Positions 18,336 through 36,147 of a stretch of 64,000 nucleotides of DNA are shown here, piece by piece. The notes below the pieces were generated by a model. The model worked only from the letters and a program-made list of their open reading frames with translations, did no database searches and was not told the DNA's origin. The translations under genes and the position numbers were made by a program. The DNA comes from the human T2T-CHM13v2.0 reference genome, Homo sapiens: assembly GCF_009914755.1 (NCBI RefSeq), contig NC_060934.1. One strand, written 5' to 3'. Each line of letters begins with the position of its first letter. The first letter of the stretch is position 1.

Positions 18336-19707
18336 TTATTCTTAAATCTGAAGCTCATCGACTAAGTGAAATATTTAAAGAATATGATAGGCCAGCAAGA
18401 AGAAGTATTATGTAGTACCATAGTTAGTAAATTCGTAAAACCTTGGAAGCCATTATTTGGTCCCACTTGCAATTTAGTGTTTTTGAAGTGTGTAGCTTCA
18501 TTCAGATAGCTCTTTAAATAATTAAAATATAAAAGCAAACAACCCAAACTACCTGACTATAAACAGGAAAAGTTAACCCTCAAAGAGAGTTCTTGTGAAT
18601 TCTCTTTATGCTGGCAAATAGCTCTAGGATTAAAGGCACATTAGGGTTTCCTTCAGTTTGTTTATTCTAAGCTTTTACTGTGCTTTTTACTGAACAAGTT
18701 TCTGATGTATAAAACTTGCATCTGATTTCTTTGGAAATATTTTCACAAAAGTTATTTTAATCAGTATTTTTACATTGCCTTTCCAGTGTCCAGAAGTGTT
18801 TCTAAACTTAGAAAGTGACCTATAGTTTTTTAAAATTATGTTTTCCTAGAACGTGCCAAATTTTGATTTACTCTAACAATCAGTACTTTTCTTCAGATGC
18901 TTTGTTCTGTTTAGAACAAAAATGCACTATAGTTTTTAAAGAATCATGCATCTTTGGGTTGGCCCAGGATCAAATTTGATATTGAATAATTTATTCCAGG
19001 GCAGCTTTCATAAACATACTTCATAGATGTTGTTTTGAAATGTTTCTAAATATCTAAAATCATTTCAACAGCAGAAATGATTTTTATTTTAACAAAAGAT
19101 TATGATAGCCCTTGTAGTGTTTAAAAGTGGTCATATTTATTACTGACTTTGAGTCAGGTGTTAAAATAGCAGTGCCACAGCTCGTCTCTTGCCTTAGTGT
19201 GCTGCTGTGAGAGTCACAGTGGAAACTGCAGGGAGGAGGTGTGTTCCTAAGAACCAAAATCCAGCACAGCATCCTGTGAAGCCACGTGTAATGATGGTCC
19301 CATAAGGAAAGTATGTGAATATGGCTCTTGTAAAGGATTAACTATTGTAATTTTAGCTTATGCTCTGTATTCTGTTTTCTATGGAATTATTTAAGCCCTT
19401 TTAGTGACCTTTGTCCTGGCCCATTTAAAAACTAAAATGTAGTATATATTGTATAAAATGGAAATATCATTATTGCTTCATTAGGGGAAACTGTACATAG
19501 GCATTGAAAGAAGGGTAAAAGCAAGCAGTTTTATCAGGCAATTGTAAAACACCAAAAATATAGATTCGTCTTTGACGTGTAACACACTAAATGTATTTTG
19601 TACAGCATCTGGTTTAAAAGGTGCCTTAAGAGTTTACCATTACTTGCTTTGTTCTATATACAGATTATGTCCAATGTATCATTTTGAAGTAAATAACCTT
19701 ATTTTAG

Positions 19708-20694
<987 letters not shown>

Positions 20695-22019
20695 TTATTC
20701 TTTTTTATGTTGCATTTTTTGTAATATTAGGATCCTAGTATGCCATTAAATAGCCATTGAGAACTTTTTTTTTAATGACTGCACAATATTTGACTAAGAA
20801 GATGGAGTAATTTCTGTGCTCAATCCCCTATTGAATATTTGGATTATTTTCATTGTTTTGAAAAATAGATATTAAGCATCCTTATACATAAATCTTTATT
20901 TTCTTATATTACATTTCTGAAAATGAGACTAGTGGATATGAACTTTTAAAAGATCCTTTAAGATGGAAAAACTAAGGTTCTTGGAAAACATTGCCATATT
21001 GCTACTCACAAAGCTTTTCATTTTCATTCCTGCTAGCAGTTCATGAGCTTAGAGCGATGGGATGCATTTACCTGGCCTTAAGATGCTCCTGCTGCAATGG
21101 GAAGTGAAGCCTTGGATAGCTTTCCTCCTCCTGTGCAATACTTTCTTGTCATTTTCCCACCTGCACTGAGTCCCACCGCCAGTCAGGGCTGTTTTCAGGT
21201 GTATGTGAATTCATCCCAGCAGTGTGCCTTCTGCTGCCTTTTCCTAGGGAACTGAACATGTTAAATCACAGACGCGATGTGGCACTGATTATTGTTCCTC
21301 AAAAGAAATGCGTGTCTGAAGATAGCCTCTTACAGATTCCTCACGGGAGTCTCTGTTCAGTGTCATTGTAAGTTTCTCAGAATAATCGCAGGCGCTCTGA
21401 TGCAGCCTGGTAAAGAAGACTCAGTGATTTCTGGGAACTGCAAATGCTTGCCAGCTTTCCTTCTGTCTGTGGAAACACTGAATAAATGTATTCATTTCTC
21501 CTTTCCAGCAATCTGTTAGTCTCACTGCTCCATTCCAAGGTTTCTTTAATATTATTAACAGAGCAGACATTAAGAAACAGAATTGTCTAATCCTTGTTCT
21601 TCCAAAATAGGTTTAATCCTTGTAGATAGTTTCAAGCAGACAGTAAGTCAGTTACTAAGTTTTCACTTGGAGAAACATTTGCTGATAGTAGTAGCATATT
21701 GACCATTTCTGACATGTCATCCTTATATCAAGTTAGGTGCACGCTCCTACACAGCCTTGGCTCAGCGCTTGGAGCATACAGTCTTGACTGGGTGGACATA
21801 AACCGCTGAAAGTGGCCAGCAGTGAGCAGAGGCCACCTACTATCAGCGGCACTGCTGCAGGCATGGAGACTTAAATGTGTGAGTGCTGGTATAAGCAGAA
21901 GTGGGAGAGTCACCTCGATGCTGGGATCCAGATGGCGGCTTATTTCAAGTGCAGTGGCACATACAAAAAATATTTTTGGAAGGGAGCAAGGACTAGGGCT
22001 GAAAGGTTCATTCATAATC

Positions 22020-22330
<311 letters not shown>

Positions 22331-22708
22331 TGACATAGGAATTGTTAATTCACATATTCCATCAACCTATTGCTCCTCTGAATCTTAGCAGCTTCTTGGT
22401 CTTTGTTCAAATGAAATCTAAGTCAATTCCATATCTCTCAATGTCGCTACATCCACCTCAGTGCTTATATCCTAATTTTGTCTTTTTTAGAGACAGTCTT
22501 GCACTGTCACCCAGGCTAGTGTGCAGTGGCTGTTCACAGGCATAATCATAACGCACTGTAGCCTCAAACTCCTGATCTCAAGCCATCCTCCCACCTCAGC
22601 CTCCTGAGTAGCTGGGACCATGCCACCATGCCTGGCTCACATTCTAAACATTATGCAGGAAGCTCAAAGTGAAAATCAATATGGAATGTTTATATTGAAA
22701 ATATTTTT

Positions 22709-23066
<358 letters not shown>

Positions 23067-24115
23067 TCAAGCGATGTGAAGAAAATATTGGGCCCCCTTG
23101 TTTTTCTTTAATGGAAGAGCCATTTTTAAAAGCCAGTTTAGAATCCAGATGATGACATCTGTTGCTCTACTGTATGACTGAAATGCAGGTCAGTGTTGAA
23201 AAACATAAAAAATTGGAAGTCTCCACTGAAAGACCTACACTGCTGTGGGAGGGATTTTAATCAAGACATTTCAAAAGCAATTTTTATTACTTGATCCTGT
23301 CCTCATACTTGGCTAGGAGTTCAGCTGGAGATAGAATCTAACTCTGAAGATGATACTCCATGATCTTCTAGCATCCCTTGTCACCAGTGAGAAGTCTGAT
23401 GTGGATCTAATAAGTGACATGTTATACAGGTTAACTTATTTTCAAGAAATAGAATTTTCTTTTTATTATTGATGTTGGAAGTTGAAACTGGCCATATCTA
23501 AATATATTCATTCTGTTTCTTAGTACTAATGGGATCTTTTCTTAGACCTGGGAAATTTTCTCCCATTATTTCTTTTGTTTCTTCCCTTTTTTCTTTCTTT
23601 TCCTTTTCTCTTTCTAGAACTTTCTAGAACAAATCTCAGGTCCCCTAGATGTTTCTTCCATAATTGTTACTATGCTTCTCATATGTTTCATCCTACCTTC
23701 TACTTTTGTCAGCCCATCTGAGTTTATTTCAACAGCCAAATGTTTTATTTTGAAATGATTCCAGGCTTCCATTAAAGTTTCATCAATAGTATAAGGACTG
23801 CCATTTACCCTTCACCCAGATTCATAAACTGCTAACATTGCACAATTGCTTTGTCATTCTGTGTGTGTGTGTACAGGAATCACAGAGACTCATCTTGTAA
23901 TGTTTGTAATGTCCATGTATCGTGTATGCACACATTTTTTTCTGACCTATTAGAAGCAAATTACAGAGCTAATACCCCTTTATCCCTAAATACTTCAGGG
24001 ATGTTCTATTACTTAACCAATTATGTACAATTATCAGAACCAGGAAAGTTCACATTGATACAATAGCAATGACCAACAATACCATAATCTATAGACCTTA
24101 CTGAAGTTTTGCTAA

Positions 24116-24412
<297 letters not shown>

Positions 24413-24829
24413 TGATGGAGGGGATGGAAGGAGGGTGGTGCTCAGGCTACAGCAGGGAGAGCTTTTCTGTTTTTGAGCTAAAGACATAACAGGGTGCAGA
24501 GGCTGAGAAAAGGAGAGTTCTAAGCAACATGTCACGAGCTATGTAGCCTCTTCACACTGCTTCTGAAATAAAATCTAACAGTAGGAGTGACTTTGACATT
24601 ATGTTGTGGTTTCTGCAGACAACTTGGGATTGGCCCCTGTGGGTTTGTTAAGGGCATGTTTGTCAGAGTATGGGGGCTCCCTGCTTCCAGAGGCCCAGCA
24701 GCTGCTGTGTACCTGGGGTTCAGGGCTGACGGCAGGGCTGGAGTTCTGGCACACAGTGACCCCAAGTGTGTTTATTTTTTTCCTTGTGGTGATGGTTGAA
24801 CTGTTTTAGGGTTGGTTTTTGTTTTTGTT

Positions 24830-25583
<754 letters not shown>

Positions 25584-25968
25584 TAACGGGGGGTCTGCTT
25601 GCAGGACAGGAGGAGCCTCCACCCAGGTGGAGACAGGAAGTCTATCAGATGAACTTCAGAAGTCTTGCTAATCTGGGGGGGGGGTCCTAATTTTAGGACC
25701 GTTTAAACAGAAAATTTGCCCTTAAACTTGATGTTAAGGTTTTGTGAAATGCAGTCATATATGTTTTGTTGCATGGAAAACACCCTGTCCAGAAGAACCA
25801 TTTCTCTAGTTCTCATCCCAGAAACTTCTGGAGTGACACATCCATGCTGTTGGCAGAGCTTGCCCGTTAGCACTTTCATGTATAATCTTCCTCTCAAAGA
25901 GGACCAACTGTATGAGGGTTGGATGACATGTACCCCTTCCAGAAGGGATCAATTCACTTCATTTACTA

Positions 25969-26539
<571 letters not shown>

Positions 26540-26795
26540 TTAGAGCTGTAAGATCAACCACCTCACACTAAAGACAAAGTTCAAGAGAGGTTGTGATTTA
26601 CCCCAGGTCAAACATGAGCAGTGTGGCCTGGCATACTGTTCCTTTTAACACCGATGTTTTAGCACATTGAGTGCACAAAACTTAGTGCTAAATAAATTCT
26701 GAGGAACAAGTGAAGTAATAACTCCTAGCAAACAATGAGAAGTGCTGATAACCTTGTTAACGCCAACAAGCAACTCACTACGAAGTCCAGTCTGA

Positions 26796-26919
26796 TTTTT
26801 TTTTGTTGTTTTTTTTTGAGACAGAGTCTCGCTCTGTCTCCCAGGCTGGGGTGCAGTGTCACCATCTCAGCTCACTGCAACCTCCGCCTCCCGGGTTCAA
26901 CCGATTCTCCTGCCTCAGC
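26796..26919 (-). mobile_element. 5'-truncated Alu
   Basis: Right arm only; TSD tctgatttt. Confidence 0.8.
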
Positions 26920-27309
26920 AATCTGATTTTCTTATAGAGAAGACTATATTCAACAAATTTTGAGTACTTAATACCAAAAAAAACCTTGTTTCTGATAGCT
27001 AGATGACTGTTTTCTCAGGCCAGTTTGCTATAGGATCTGAACTTTTTTGAAAACCATATGCTGGTATATTACAGGAATAATTGCAGCTATGAGCTGTACT
27101 GTCTAGTCCAGTATTAGTATCTTTGCCTAGTGTGGAAACTTCCAAGTGTTTTATATAGAATAAACGGAAATCATTCTACATAACAGGGCCTGGAATAATC
27201 AGTCACATTTACCCACATAGTTTCACGTTGTCCCATGTTTTTTTTACCTACTCTACCAATTATTTTTGCCCTCCAGAAGTAAATGAGGCAGAGATTTGAA
27301 GGGCATCAC

Positions 27310-27315
27310 TTTATT
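27310..27315 (-). terminator. MMRN2: MMRN2 poly(A) signal AATAAA
   Basis: tttatt on the + strand, about 1.2 kb downstream of the MMRN2 stop. Confidence 0.75.
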
Positions 27316-27544
27316 CCAAAGTTGATCATTAGTGAGGGGGATTTTTACAGTCTTCTTTCCCTCCTCCCTCAGCTGCCTCCTGGTTAGAGATGCTAACAAG
27401 AATTACGATGGTCCTAAGATACTGGAGGAAGTAAAAAAGTTGAAGGCCCTACATATTTTAGTTCACGTTTGGCATTTCTTGGTCTTTACCCTATGTAAGG
27501 CAAGGAGAAAAAGACATGAAATTTAAATTACAGATAAACACAAG

Positions 27545-27907
27545 TGTATTAGTCCATTTTCACACTGCTATCAAGAATTGCCCAAGACTGGATAATTTAT
27601 AAAGGAAAGAGGTTTAATTGACTCACTGTTCCACATGGCTGGGGAGGCCTCAGGAAACTTACAATCATGGCAGACAGTGAAGAGGAACCAAGGCATCTTC
27701 ACAAGGTGGCAGGAAGGAGAATGAACACAGGAGGAACTATCAAACTTATAAAATCATCAGATCTCGTGAGAACTATCACAAGAACAGCATGGGGGAACCG
27801 CCCCCAAGATCCAATTACCTCCACCTGATCTCTCCCTTGATGTGGGGATTATAGGGATTACAATTCAAGATGATATTTTAGGTGGGGGCACAGCTAAACC
27901 ATATCCT
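27545..27907 (-). mobile_element. THE1/MST-type MaLR solo LTR in the MMRN2 3'UTR
   Basis: Minus strand gatatggtttagctgtg...aatggactaataca; 5-bp TSD acaag at 27540-27544 and 27908-27912. Confidence 0.9.
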
Positions 27908-28497
27908 ACAAGGAATGACTGAAACTAAAGATACTAATTTCCTTTCCCTTGGTTGGCCAGGCTGTCGTCTTCATTACTGACTAATAGAGACCAAGCAGGT
28001 TGGTTTAATCCCATTGCCCTCTAGTGCTTTCCAATGTTGGCCAAAATGTTGCCTCCATTTTAAACATTCCTCCTGGGGAAGAATGTCTTTCTATCATACG
28101 ATAAGGGAGAAGAGAAGAGGAAGCAAGAGAAAAGTTTAAAGTGTTGTACAGAAGTTTCCAACCACAGGAGGAGCAAAACACCAAAGAAGTTGTAGAATAC
28201 AGGGTGTGGTGAAGAGTTGGAGCCCAGGCCGTGCTGTCTGAGAAGGCATGCCAAGCCAAGGTTCAGGCTTCCTAGGACCATGTCCTGCCCGGAGAAGCAT
28301 TCCAGTCCTTCTCATCATGGAGAAATGGCCAAGCCCCATGTGGTTACAGGGAAGCCACGTACACCACACCATCTTTGCAGAAGGTTTCCAGGGAAGAGAC
28401 AGACCAACTGAATGACCTCCAGCCCATCCTTGGCCAGAGCCCCAGGCCGAGGAGAGCTGGGCGAGTCCATGATGTCTGATCAGATTGGGGCTGGGGT

Positions 28498-28880
28498 TCA
28501 GGTCTTAAACATCAGGAAGCCCCCAAATGCAGTGCCCGACAGGCTTCTCTTTGTTATTGATCCCTGGGTTAACTCAAACCATACTCGCTCACCCTTCTGC
28601 AGCTCAGCCATGGCAAAGAGCGTTGCTGTGCTTCCACTCCCCTGCCCAGTGGTACAGACTGGAGTCCGATGGTGACCTCCAAACACCAGCTGCCCGGTGC
28701 CTGGCCCTGGGCCAAATTCAACGCTCACTGCAAACAGGTAGACACCACGCTCAGGGGCTCGGAAGTAGCCATGTTCAGGGAAGTAGCTGCTGCCAATGTT
28801 GATGTATGTGGTGTTGAACTTCACTGTCTGCAGGGCAGCCGTCCCTTCTGAAAAGCTGGCATAGAAGGCCACAGGGGATC
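28498..28880 (-). CDS. MMRN2: MMRN2 exon 7 coding part (gC1q domain)
   Basis: tttcag|GATCCCCTGTGGCC...AAGACCTGA; 383 nt; the seven exons total 2850 nt = 949 aa plus stop. Confidence 0.96.
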
Positions 28881-29134
28881 CTGAAACATAACAGGACAGT
28901 GCTTAGTGATTCATCCCTTACACCATTGGGTGGGAAATTAAACCCTGAGACCTACCGTCCTCACCTTATTAGCAATGGAAATAGGTCACTATTTCTAGAT
29001 AACCTAGATATTCCCAACAGCAGTGTTATTGCAGGAGAAAAGCTAGATGGCCAATTCTGTTTTTCACTAATAGAGAGGAAGGAAAATGCAAGTCTGTTGT
29101 CTGAGCTGGTGTACATTTTAACAAAATACTTTCA

Positions 29135-29339
29135 TTTTTTTTTTAGACAGGGACTCACTCTGTCTCCCAGGCTGGAGTGCAGCAGTGGTCATGACTCACT
29201 GCAGCCCTTTTTTTTTTTTAACGTAGAGATGGAGTCTTACTATGTTGCCCAGGCTGATCTGGAGCTCCTGGGCTCAAGTGATCCTCCAGCCTCAGCTTCC
29301 CAAAATGTTGGGCTTGCAGGTGAGCCACCATGCCCAGCC
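29135..29339 (-). mobile_element. AluJ, internally deleted
   Basis: Antisense Alu pieces. Confidence 0.75.
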
Positions 29340-29699
29340 ACAAAGCACTTTCTCGTTTGATCCCTTTTCCTTCCAACTTCCTTGAGAGACAGTATCCCTG
29401 ATTGACAAAACAGGTTGAATCCTTCACCGGCTGCCCAAGGCTACATGGTTTGTAAATGGCAGGCTGGGACAGGAACACGGGTCTCTGACTCCCAGACGAC
29501 CACCACTTGCTAGGAATCTTGAGATACTCAGGGGAGAGGGAGAAAATATCCATCCTCAAGGTAATAATAATGCTAACACTGGGAAGGTATCTGCAGAGCC
29601 ATGAAGGCTGGATCCTCCTGGATGTTGAAGACAGAACCTTGGAGAAAGAAGGAAAGAGCAGGTGGAGCCAGGGAAGAGAAGCCCCTTCAAGCTGGTCTT

Positions 29700-29988
29700 C
29701 TTTTTTTTAGTTGATAAAGGGTCTCTTGTTGCCCAGACTGGAGTGCATTGGCGATCATGGCTCACTGCAGCCTCAACTTCCTGGGCTCAAGCAATCCTCC
29801 CACCTCAGCCACCTGAGTAGCTGGGTCTACAGGCATACGCCATCATGCCTGGCTAATTTTTTATTTTTTGTAGAGACAGAGTCTTGCTCTGTTGCCCAGG
29901 CTGGTCTCAAACTCCTGAGCTCAAGCGGTCCTCCCACCTCAACCCCGCAAAGTGCTGGGATTACAGGTGTGAGCCACTGTTACTGGCC
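29700..29988 (-). mobile_element. AluJ
   Basis: TSD aagctggtc. Confidence 0.85.
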
Positions 29989-30589
29989 AAGCTGGTCATC
30001 TTACATATGGGTAAATTGAGGCCCAGAAAGAAAAAGCTTATTGCTCCAGACCACACAACTAGTAAATTACCAAGCCTCCTGGGAACAGACCTTGAATCTC
30101 TAGACTTCTGGTTCTCTGCAGGGACCACTTTGGCCAGCCTTAGGACAGGAACACTGACAGAACACTGGTGCCAGGCCCATGCACGGGCACAGAAGCAGAG
30201 GAAGCTGCCATGTGTGGAGGGTGTACAAACAGCCAGGAAGAAGCCAGTCCTGCTGCCTGGACAGCATGGTTGGGCAGCTGGGGACAGGGTCATGAGATGG
30301 CACAGGAAAGGTAAGTCCTACTTGGGTCCTGGCTGTGACACTGGCCTTGGCACCAACGAGGTCATGTCCACCATGGGGTTCCTCAACTTGCTCCCTCTGT
30401 AGGGGTTTAAAACAAGGTCCCCATTTCTTAGGTGATAAAACCAAAGCCTTCAGAGGAGCAGTTTGCTGAGCAATTACTGACTTGGGTCCCGGAACTCAAG
30501 CCTCAGCTCTTTGACTCCCAATCCAGCAAGCCTTTGTGAATAAAAAAATGTTGCTTTTCTCTAGTTCTGGAAGATTTTCTGAGAATTAG

Positions 30590-31283
<694 letters not shown>

Positions 31284-31332
31284 CTAACACCCTGCAGGTG
31301 GTTCTCTTGCCTAGCCGAAGGAAGGCCGGCCC

Positions 31333-31349
31333 GCAGCGCCCTCTACCGG
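31333..31349 (-). promoter_or_regulatory. CTCF motif in a small CpG-rich patch in MMRN2 intron 6
   Basis: Minus strand reads CCGGTAGAGGGCGCTGC, close to the CTCF core CCxxxAGRGGGCGC. Confidence 0.65.
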
Positions 31350-31540
31350 TGCTAGGCCCTCGTTCCGGCCGTTCCGTCCGGGCGCCTGCGCAGGGAGTTC
31401 CGCCGCAGAGAGAGACCCCCCCCCCCAACCCAGCCTTGCGCCTGACAGGCCCTAAGATGCGGGAAGGGCTGTGCAAACTCAGAGTGTGCTTCCCTGCAGG
31501 GCACACATTCAAGCCCTACAGCCTTCCTACAAACAAATAA

Positions 31541-32065
<525 letters not shown>

Positions 32066-32957
32066 TGAAATAAATATCGTCGTGGTAAACACATTTCCAA
32101 ACCGTGGGGCAAATTCTGAAAGTCATCAGCATATTGAAGCCTTGCACCACGCACGAGAGGAAACAAGAGAGAAGTGTCAGTGTCGGTGGACACAACCTGA
32201 ACCCTGAAAATGCTGGGGAAATGGGAAAACGTTGACTGCGTTCCTACATGAGGTAAGCCTCGTGCTAGGTATTTGGTAAACGCAGCAGTCTTCATAACAA
32301 AACTTTGACATGGGTAGGGATTCTGCCATTTTACTGAGGAAGAAACAGACAAGTGATGCCAGAGCCTGGGTGCTTCCCACTGCTCTACATTGCCTCTTGG
32401 GCCATAGGGAGGGTCAGCTGGGGCAGGGGCTGCCTGGGACGGGACCTTCAACAAGGCCTTGGACTTGCCACACGCCAGGCTGCACATGGCCAAGATGGTG
32501 GCCTTGTACTTAGCCCTGTGTCTGGGTGGGGAGAGGCCACAGCTCCAAGGCCAGCCTCTGGCAGAGAGAGTCACTTGAGACACAGAGCCTAGTTGTCCCC
32601 CTCCCAGGACCACACTCAGGGAGGGGATGGGAAGCTTGGTTGCACATGCCTTCAGCCTCAAAGCCAGCTCCCAGGCCCAGGGCCCTGCAGGGACCAGCCA
32701 TGGAGGGCCTTCTGGAGGTGAAGAACCGGCACCCTAAAGACAGCGCTCCTCTGCTGCTCACTAGCTGTGCAAGCAGGAAACTTGTGTTTGCGCCTCAGTT
32801 TCAGGTAAGATGGAAGTGCTGATGAGTGTGTCATTGACCTGTTGGGATGGGCCATTGTGGTAAAGCCCAGGAAGGGGACTAGCACAGAGCGATGAGACAG
32901 GTTAACTGTATTTGCAGAGGGAATGAGCTCCTTTCAGGGCCCACGGCTTTCCCTGTA

Positions 32958-33600
32958 CAGTCCACTGAGGTGTGTTCCAAGACCTTAGCAGGTGCCTGAA
33001 ATCTCAGACAGTACCAAACCCTATATATACTATTTATTTTCCTCTATGTACATACCTATGCCAAAGTTTAACTTGTAAATTAGGCACAGTAAGAGATTGA
33101 CAATAATAATAAAATATAAAGCAATTATAACAGTATACTGTAATAAAAGTTATATGAATGTGGTGTCTCCCTCTCTCAAAATCTTATTGTACTGTACTCA
33201 CCTATTTTCTGATCGTGGTTGATGCAAGAAACTGAAATCAAGGCTGGGCACATGGCTCACACCTGTAATCCTAACACTTTAGGAGGCTGAGGTGGGCAGA
33301 TTACTTGATCCCAGGAATTTGAGACCAGCCTGGGCACCATAGCAAGACCCTGTCTCTACAAAAAGTACAAAAATTAGCTAGGCATGGTGACACATGCCTG
33401 TAAGTCCTAGCTACTCTGGAGGCTGAAGTGGGAGGATCAGCTGAGCCTGGAGAGGTCTAGGCTGCAGTGAGCCATGATCCCACCACTGTACTCAAGCCTG
33501 GACGACAAAGTGAGACCCATCTTAAAAAAAAAAGAAAAGAAAAGAAAAAGAAAAAAAAAACTAAAATCATGGAAAATGAAACAGAACTAAGTGGGGCTGC
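32958..33600 (-). mobile_element. MER44A (Tigger-family DNA transposon) interrupted by an AluJ (33242-33560, +)
   Basis: aaattaggcacagtaagagatt...tactgtaataaaagttat...tgtactgtactcacctattt. Confidence 0.75.
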
Positions 33601-34028
33601 AAGTGGCCACAGTCCCTATCCACATTCTTCCTAGATACAGTGGCTTAAACGCACATGGGAATGAAGGGGGTGAGGTGAAGAGATGAGATGGGGGGACTTG
33701 AAGGCTGCCCTGGCAGGGCAGGAGGCGATGCCCTCTCTGTAGCAGGAGCAGTAGGCGGCACTATTGTGCCTGTGGCCTCCAGGCTATGCCGCTCACGGGC
33801 TCTGGCACTAGCAGGTGGTTCTTGTGACTTCTGTCTCCCCATAAGCCAGGTAGCTTGAGAGACCCACACCCCTGAGAAGCAGGTGGGCCAAGGGGAAGGT
33901 GGACCTAGTAGGGGTGACGGATGGCCATCCTGTTCTCTTTCTTCCTGGCCCTCTTGGAGGCAGAAGAGCTGCCGGCAGCCGGCCCTGGCCTCCTAGGCTC
34001 GTCCAGTCTCCCCAGCCCAGGAACTCAC

Positions 34029-35840
34029 CTGCCTCCCAGAGCGCCGCGCCCAAGGCACCTGGCACAGGCCCTGTGACCCGTATGTCCACCAAAGGCTCCG
34101 CTTCCTTCTTGTCCCTCTTCCGGGGAGCTTCCAGGTCTTTCTGCTGCTTCTTCCCTTTCCTGCTCAGCATGGTCTGCAGCTTCCCCAGGTCCAGGCTGAC
34201 GTTGGCTTCCATGAGCCCTTGGAAGTTCCCAAAGAGGCTGTGGAAGAGCCGCTGGTGCTGCTCCAAGCTGCGCTGAGTGGCGAAGAGTGCGTTGTGGAGG
34301 CCGTCAAGGGAGGCGTTGAGGGAGGCGGCCCCGGCCCCGGCCTCGGCCTCGCAGCACCGCCCGACATTCTTGACGTCGTTGCTCAGGCTCTGGAGCTCCC
34401 GCGCCAGCCCGGCCAGGGCGGTGGTGGCGGCCTCCTCGCGGCCCGCGTCGTGGCTGGGCTCCAGGTGCTCTGCCGGCCGCGGGGGCTCCGAGGCCTGCTC
34501 CAGGGCCGTCACTCGGGCGGCCAGCTCGTCCCAGCCGAGCGCCTGCTCCTGCAGCCCGCTAGCGGCGTCCTGCAGGGCCACGCGGATCTGCTCGTAGCTC
34601 AGGGGCAGCGGTCCCGGCGTCTGCTCAGACATCTCCTCCAGCACCTCCTCCCCGAAGAGCGCGGCCAGCACCGCCTCGTGCCGCAGCGCGTCCTCCAGCA
34701 GGGCGGCGAAGGCGCTGTGCAGCTGGCGCACCTCGTGGCGGGCCTCGGCCGCGGCCGCCTTCAGCGCGCCCACCTCGTCATCCAGCGCCTGCACTTGGCT
34801 CCGGAGCCGCGACGTGGCCGCCCGCGCCCGCTCGCCCTCCGCTTTGTGCGCGTCCACGGCCAGCGACACGGCGTCCACGGCGTTCTGCAGGGCCTGCAGG
34901 GAGGAGCCGTCCAGCTGCCGCCGCTCGTCCAGGCTCACCTGGGTCTCCTCCAGGGCACGCGTGGCGTCCCTCTGGCCCTCCCGGATGACGTCCAGGTCTA
35001 AATAGAGCTTCTGGCAATTGCAGTCCTTCACGTACTTGATGAGGTCGGCATGGCCACCCTGCAGGTGCTGCAGCGTGAGGTTGAGCTCCAGGAGCTGCCG
35101 CTCCACCTCCTCCTTGTTCTCCTCCATGATCAGAGACTTCTCCATCAGGATCACGCGCAGCTCACGGAGCGCCGTGTGGTTCACCTGCAGCTCCTCCACC
35201 TGCCGCTCCACCTTGCTAATCTGATCGAAAGTCTCGTCCGATTCGGAGTACAGTTCCTTGATCTCATCCACGTGCCGGGTCAGGGTGGCCCTCATGTCCT
35301 CCAGGGTGTACTGCAACTCCTCCTCCCTGCGGGCCGTGGTCATGTGCAGCTCTGAGAGGTTCCTCTGCAGCTGGCCCAGCCTGGCCTGCAGGCTGTCCGG
35401 CTCAGGCCTTGCCCCAGCCCCAGGCGTTGCCAACACCAGACTGCCATTGGTCCCTGGGGCCTCCTGAGCCTTGTGCAGCCTCTTCAATTTGGTGTCCACA
35501 TCGGCTTGGAGCTCTGAGATCGAGCGGTGCAGGGTAAAGTGCTGGGCGTGCAGGCGGTCCTCCACGTCCTGTCGCAGCTGACCCACTCTCTGAGTGTTCT
35601 CCTGGACCTTGGCCTCAAATTTGGCACCAAGCTCCTGGAAGTCAGCCCTGGCCACGGCACTGTCCTGGACTCTGGAGATGGCCTGGCGGTTGGCCTCCAC
35701 GTCAAGAGACAGGTTTCTTATGGCCTGGGTAAGGCTGTGCAGGCTTTGGTTAAAGCTCCTCCAGATGGGGCTGAAATGCACTTGTAGGAAGGTGTCCACG
35801 TGGGGTAGCAGCACCTGCTCCAAGGATCTATCAGGGAACT
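34029..35840 (-). CDS. MMRN2: MMRN2 exon 6 (long coiled-coil exon, CpG-rich)
   Basis: ttgcag|AGTTCCCT...GAGGCAG|gtgagt; 1812 nt inside ORF 33808..35931. Confidence 0.96.
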
Positions 35841-35973
35841 CTGCAACAGACATGTGGTGTGACACAAGCCCTGCAGGAGCAGACACTCCTCCCAGGCTGG
35901 GACCAGCGGGGTCCTCCCCTCCTCCCCTCAATGTGACCAGGCTCTTCCTCAGCCCCTAGAGCCTGCCACTCAC

Positions 35974-36147
35974 CGTGCCCTGTTTGATTTGCTTCCATCA
36001 CTGCAGCTGTGAGGTTACCAGGCAGGGCTTTCCACAGGCCTGGCAGGCTGTCTGCCACCCGGTGCACATCATTCTGGAGATCTCCCAGCAGATGTTCCTG
36101 CTGTTCCTGTTGCACCTCAACCTCATTGATCACTGCAGCAAGGTGGC
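35974..36147 (-). CDS. MMRN2: MMRN2 exon 5
   Basis: atttag|GCCAC...CACG|gtgagt; 174 nt; GHLAAVINEVEVQQEQ...ANQTGH. Confidence 0.95.

Noticed and set aside
34219-35001. 260-aa + strand ORF and neighbours antisense to MMRN2 exon 6
   Set aside because: Shadow ORFs from GC3-rich codon usage on the opposite strand; no independent gene structure
33808-35931. 707-aa ORF as a single-exon gene
   Set aside because: It is MMRN2 exon 6 plus intronic read-through; splice sites at 35840 and 34029 give the 949-aa product
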